Assembly: GCA_965649115.1 (NCBI GenBank)
Contig: CBFGJN010000016.1
Coordinates: 1 to 33,587, forward strand
Direction of reading: 5' to 3'
Length of the DNA: 33,587 nucleotides
Origin: a candidate division WOR-3 bacterium
Lineage (GTDB): Bacteria > Hydrothermota > Hydrothermia > LBFQ01 > DSFT01
Positions 30,144 to 33,587 of the stretch are shown piece after piece (positions within the stretch are counted from its first letter, which is position 1; every line of letters starts with the position of its first letter). Both the position numbers and the translations under genes were made by a program. The notes beneath the pieces are model-generated. The model was not told the origin of the DNA. It saw nothing but the letters and a program-made list of their open reading frames with translations, and did not search any database.

Positions 30144-30938
30144 AAATATAAAAATCATTCCTAATAATTGAGAAAATTCAAGTTTTTCATTTAACAAAAT
30201 AACTGATAAAATAACTGAAACTAAAATTTCTACTAAAAATGTTATTGAAATAATAATTGGTTTCTTATTTTCACTTGCCTTGGTGTATAGAAAGTACGAA
30301 ATAATTGTTGGAAAAACTGACAAATAAAAAATTAAATGAATTTTTGTAAAATTAAATTTTATTTTTTCAAATGGAATAAAAAACAGACTTAAAATACTTG
30401 CTATTAAATGTAAAGATTGATTAAAGAAAATCAAATCATAATTTTTTATATGTTTCGTTGTTTCAATAACAAACAACGACCAAATTATAGCACAAATTAA
30501 ATTTAAAATATCACCCAAATTCAAACTAACTATTAAATTCAAATTTAAGTTCGTTGCTATCAAAAAAACACCAATCATTGAAATAATAACTGAAATTATT
30601 TGATTAATTTTTATTTTTTCTTTATAGAACAAAGCCAAAAATAAAACTGTCCAAATTGGACTTGTATTTATAAAAATTGATGTTTTTGATGAAGTTGTAA
30701 GTGTTTGAGCATAAAATTGAAGTAAGTATCCTAGTGAATTCAATAATGATAAAAAAATTAAATTCTTATTAAAAATTTTTTTTAACGAAAATCTATTTGG
30801 AAACAAAATAAATAAAATTAAGAAAGCAAAAAAGAATCTAAAAAACATTAAAACCAAAGGTGAAAAGTAATTTAAAGAAATTCCAATTAAAGGAAAAGAT
30901 GTTCCCCAAATAATAGAAGCCAAAAGTAATAAAAACAT
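30117..30938 (-). CDS. EamA/DMT family transporter (start revised from 30959 to the ATG at 30938)
   Basis: IIWGTSF, RF, P.WT, LGD and LNEK motifs with about 10 TM segments; ATG lies 8 nt from a TAAAAT box. Confidence 0.85.
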   Translation of the reverse strand: MFLLLLASIIWGTSFPLIGISLNYFSPLVLMFFRFFFAFLILFILFPNRFSLKKIFNKNLIFLSLLNSLGYLLQFYAQTLTTSSKTSIFINTSPIWTVLFLALFYKEKIKINQIISVIISMIGVFLIATNLNLNLIVSLNLGDILNLICAIIWSLFVIETTKHIKNYDLIFFNQSLHLIASILSLFFIPFEKIKFNFTKIHLIFYLSVFPTIISYFLYTKASENKKPIIISITFLVEILVSVILSVILLNEKLEFSQLLGMIFIFLAIILVNF

Positions 30939-31076
30939 ATTTGAAAATTTTAATTTCAACTAATAATACCAATTTTATATACTTTGTTCAATAAATAATG
31001 AAACTATTGATTTTATAAGGTTTATTAAGAAGCTTATTTTCAGAAAGGGGACGACAGCCCCTTGCCGAATAATTTC

Positions 31077-31282
31077 TGCTTTGTCTAGCAATTATTGTTA
31101 AGTCTTTGATTATCAATAACTTATAAAAATTTTAAGGAAATTATAGTTTTTATGGGGGGTTTTAATGGGGGGCGAAGCCCCCCAAAGCAAAAGATGGGGT
31201 ATTTATAAGCCGAAGGCTTAATTTTAGGGTGGGTGGGCAAAATATAGTAAAATAAATACTTTCAGAATTCTTAGACACAGCA
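31077..31282 (+). mobile_element. MITE-like element (206 bp) with 9-bp target-site duplication
   Basis: TIRs TGCTTTGTCTAG and TTAGACACAGCA; AATAATTTC at both 31068-31076 and 31283-31291. Confidence 0.92.
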
Positions 31283-31317
31283 AATAATTTCATAAAATCA
31301 GCTTTAAAATTTTAATT

Positions 31318-31926
31318 ATGAATTTAGATAGTATATTTGAAGAGTGGAAAAATAATAATTATAAAATTTTGGAAAGTATTAAGAGAAGAGTTAAAAATGA
31401 AAAAATTATTGAAGCATTTACTAAAATTCCAAGAAATTTATTTGTTGAAAATGAACCATTTGAAGATAAAGCAGTTTATTATGATCTTGGACAAACTTCA
31501 TCTCAACCGAGTTTAATTGCAGAAATGTTAGAATTACTTGAAATAAAAAAGGATGACAAGGTACTTGAAATAGGAACGGGAAGTGGTTATTTAACTGCTT
31601 TATTATGTGAGCTATCTTGCTTCGTTTATTCTATTGATATATTTGAAGAATTCATAATAAGAGCAGATGAAAAATTAAAATTACTAAATTATAAAAACTA
31701 TAAGTTATTTGTTAGAGACGGAAATTTTGGTTTAGTAGAATTTTCTCCTTATGATAAAATTATCGTTTCTGCTTATGTTGAAAATGTTCCAATCAGTCTA
31801 TTAGAGCAATTGAAAGTTGGAGGTATTATGGTTATTCCCATTGGCAAAAAAAACTTTCAACATCTTTACAAAATAATTAAAGGTGAGGCGGTTAGCTTTG
31901 TGCCATTAATTACTTTAAAATTTTAA
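31318..31926 (+). CDS. pcm: Protein-L-isoaspartate O-methyltransferase
   Basis: GQTSSQP, VLEIGTGSGY, PYDKIIVSA, QLKVGG.MVIPIG and FVPL motifs. Confidence 0.92.
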   Translation: MNLDSIFEEWKNNNYKILESIKRRVKNEKIIEAFTKIPRNLFVENEPFEDKAVYYDLGQTSSQPSLIAEMLELLEIKKDDKVLEIGTGSGYLTALLCELSCFVYSIDIFEEFIIRADEKLKLLNYKNYKLFVRDGNFGLVEFSPYDKIIVSAYVENVPISLLEQLKVGGIMVIPIGKKNFQHLYKIIKGEAVSFVPLITLKF

Positions 31927-31931
31927 AACTA

Positions 31932-32384
31932 ATGAAATTGAAAAGTAAATTGTCATTTTTTGCCTTTATAGGAATTATAACTATTTTATCATTTATTTTC
32001 GCAATTCTTTATTTAATAATTAATAAAAAAATTGGTTTCACTCTCTTTTTATTTACATTCTCATTAGTTTCTTTCTCAATTGTTTTCTATTTCATGTATC
32101 AAACATATAAGAGATTTGCTGATTTTGAAATTAGAATTGATGAAGAAGGTTTGTTTTTCAAAATACCAAAGGCTTATGCAGATTATTATGAACTTGAAGT
32201 TCAAAAGGGAAAATTCCTTTGGAAACAAATTAAAAGTGTTCAGTACGATAGTGAAGAAAAAATTATTTATTTAGTGCTTTTAAGTAAAGTAAAAATTCCC
32301 ATTCCCGTCTTTCTTTTTAGCAAAGAAAATATAGAAAAAATTTTAAAAGAAATTTCAAAACATACAAGTGTTGAGGTGGTATGA
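31932..32384 (+). CDS. Hypothetical membrane protein (2 TM plus possible PH-like domain)
   Basis: Two N-terminal hydrophobic helices; IDEEGL...W..I..V pattern. Confidence 0.55.
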   Translation: MKLKSKLSFFAFIGIITILSFIFAILYLIINKKIGFTLFLFTFSLVSFSIVFYFMYQTYKRFADFEIRIDEEGLFFKIPKAYADYYELEVQKGKFLWKQIKSVQYDSEEKIIYLVLLSKVKIPIPVFLFSKENIEKILKEISKHTSVEVV

Positions 32385-32878
32385 TTTATCCATTTCATGG
32401 TAGAAGATTATCAAGAGTTATCGTTATTGAAACGATTTATAATAGTGAATTGTTAAATTATAATTTGGATAAAACATTTGAAGATATTGTTAATATGAGG
32501 AAAGATTACTTTAAAGAAATTTTAAATGAAATTAAAAAAGATGATATAAAAAGGATGTTTTTATCAGATTTAGAAAATTGGGAAAAAATTATAAACTTTT
32601 CAAGAGAGTTATTATCCGCTTACAAATTAAATAAAGAAAAAATTGAAGAAATTTTAAAAGAAGTTATTGTAGGTAAATGGGATTATGAGAGAATTTTTCT
32701 TCTTGAAAAATCCATTTTAAAAACAGCAGTTTGTGAAATGATTAGTTTTGATACTCCTTATAAAGTAATAATAAAAGAAGCATTAAATATAGGAAATTAT
32801 TTTATTTCAGAACAATCCATAAAATTTATAAATGCAGTTCTTGATAAGGTAGCAGAAAAATTAAATTTAAAGGTTTAA
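32381..32878 (+). CDS. nusB: Transcription antitermination factor NusB
   Basis: RRLSR, W..ERI..LEK.IL, P.KVIIKEA and FINAVLD motifs. Confidence 0.88.
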   Translation: MIYPFHGRRLSRVIVIETIYNSELLNYNLDKTFEDIVNMRKDYFKEILNEIKKDDIKRMFLSDLENWEKIINFSRELLSAYKLNKEKIEEILKEVIVGKWDYERIFLLEKSILKTAVCEMISFDTPYKVIIKEALNIGNYFISEQSIKFINAVLDKVAEKLNLKV

Positions 32879-32880
32879 TT

Positions 32881-33168
32881 ATGAGATTAAAAGAAGATGA
32901 AAAGAAAATTTTAAAAGAAATTCTTAAAAATTATAAGGATATTGAGATATTTCTATTTGGTTCAAGATTAAATGATAATTTGAGAGGTGGAGATTTAGAT
33001 CTAATTATAAAAGCAAATAAAGAAGCACAGAAAATAGCCTTTGAAATTCAAACGAAGTTTTTATACGAAATAGATGAAAGCATTAATGTTATTGTTTATG
33101 ATGAAAAGAACGATTTTGTAAAGGAGATAATAAAAAATGCCAAAAGAATTACTATTGAAGAATTATGA
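32881..33168 (+). CDS. MNT minimal nucleotidyltransferase
   Basis: LFGSR.....GGDLDL motif. Confidence 0.85.
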   Translation: MRLKEDEKKILKEILKNYKDIEIFLFGSRLNDNLRGGDLDLIIKANKEAQKIAFEIQTKFLYEIDESINVIVYDEKNDFVKEIIKNAKRITIEEL

Positions 33169-33251
33169 TAATTTAAAAAAGACAATTTTACTTTTTGAAA
33201 TTGCTATTAAAGATGTTATTCAAATTTTAGAGAAGGAAAATTTTTCTGAAC
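33137..33251 (+). pseudogene. Probable HEPN partner gene, 5' part, interrupted by a MITE
   Basis: Overlaps the MNT stop. The helical N-terminus (about 38 aa) runs into the MITE TIR at 33252, and the rest of the listed ORF is repeat-derived. Confidence 0.5.
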
Positions 33252-33455
33252 TGCTTTGTCTAAGAATTCTGAAATTATTTATTTTTCTTACTTTCCCCAC
33301 CCACCCTAAATTCAAGCCTACGGCTTTGAAATACCCCAACTTTTGCTATGGGGGGCTTCGCCCCCTTAAAATCCCCCCATAAAATCAATAATTTCCTTAA
33401 AATTTTTATAAGTTATTGATAATCAAGGACTTAACACTATTTACTAGACAAAGCA
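33252..33455 (-). mobile_element. MITE-like element, full copy (reverse orientation)
   Basis: TGCTTTGTCTAAGAA...TTACTAGACAAAGCA TIRs with both internal hairpins. Confidence 0.9.
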
Positions 33456-33464
33456 ATAAAAAAT

Positions 33465-33587
33465 TGCCTTGTCCAATAATTCCCCCTCTACCTTCCCTAT
33501 GGATACCCCCACTATATTTTAACTCATCCCCTCCCATATCAACCCCTCAATCAGCCAAATTACTATAACTATAAAAACTATTCATTA
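33465..33587. mobile_element. Start of another element sharing the TIR, with a different C-rich interior
   Basis: TGCCTTGTCCAATAATT begins exactly 9 bp after the previous copy; the sequence then diverges and runs off the window. Confidence 0.45.

Noticed and set aside
619..32274. Short alternate-frame or antisense ORFs (619, 1468, 3105, 3281, 6556, 8702, 19141, 19452, 20112, 24484, 27297, 29222, 29840, 32080)
   Set aside because: They overlap well-supported genes and show no recognisable motifs

Overview
Very AT-rich bacterial chromosomal window. Several secreted proteins carry T9SS-like C-terminal tails, which suggests an FCB-related lineage such as WOR-3; this is an inference, not a tested assignment. 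It is mostly shuffled housekeeping genes: aldehyde dehydrogenase, CCA-adding enzyme, dnaE, glyQ, tpx, corA, recF, birA, panD, aspS, pcm, nusB and tRNA-Pro(CGG). The most notable accessory locus is a split long-B-type prokaryotic Argonaute (11030-12704) resembling the AfAgo-N/AfAgo pair. It has an N-L1-L2 gene and a catalytically dead MID-PIWI gene whose C-terminus appears cut off, and no effector gene is adjacent. Other notable items: (1) a family of ~190-206 bp MITE-like repeats with TIRs, 9-bp target duplications, paired IHF-like sites and covarying hairpins, found at both damaged MNT-HEPN modules; (2) a conserved (CTT)TAAAATTT box 6-10 nt before most operon-leading start codons, suggesting leaderless expression; (3) a half Ski2/Hel308-like helicase starting directly after the tRNA; (4) a PRMT-like methyltransferase; (5) exported-looking proteins with ultra-short hydrophobic N-termini. 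All family assignments come from motif recognition by eye, not database searches.
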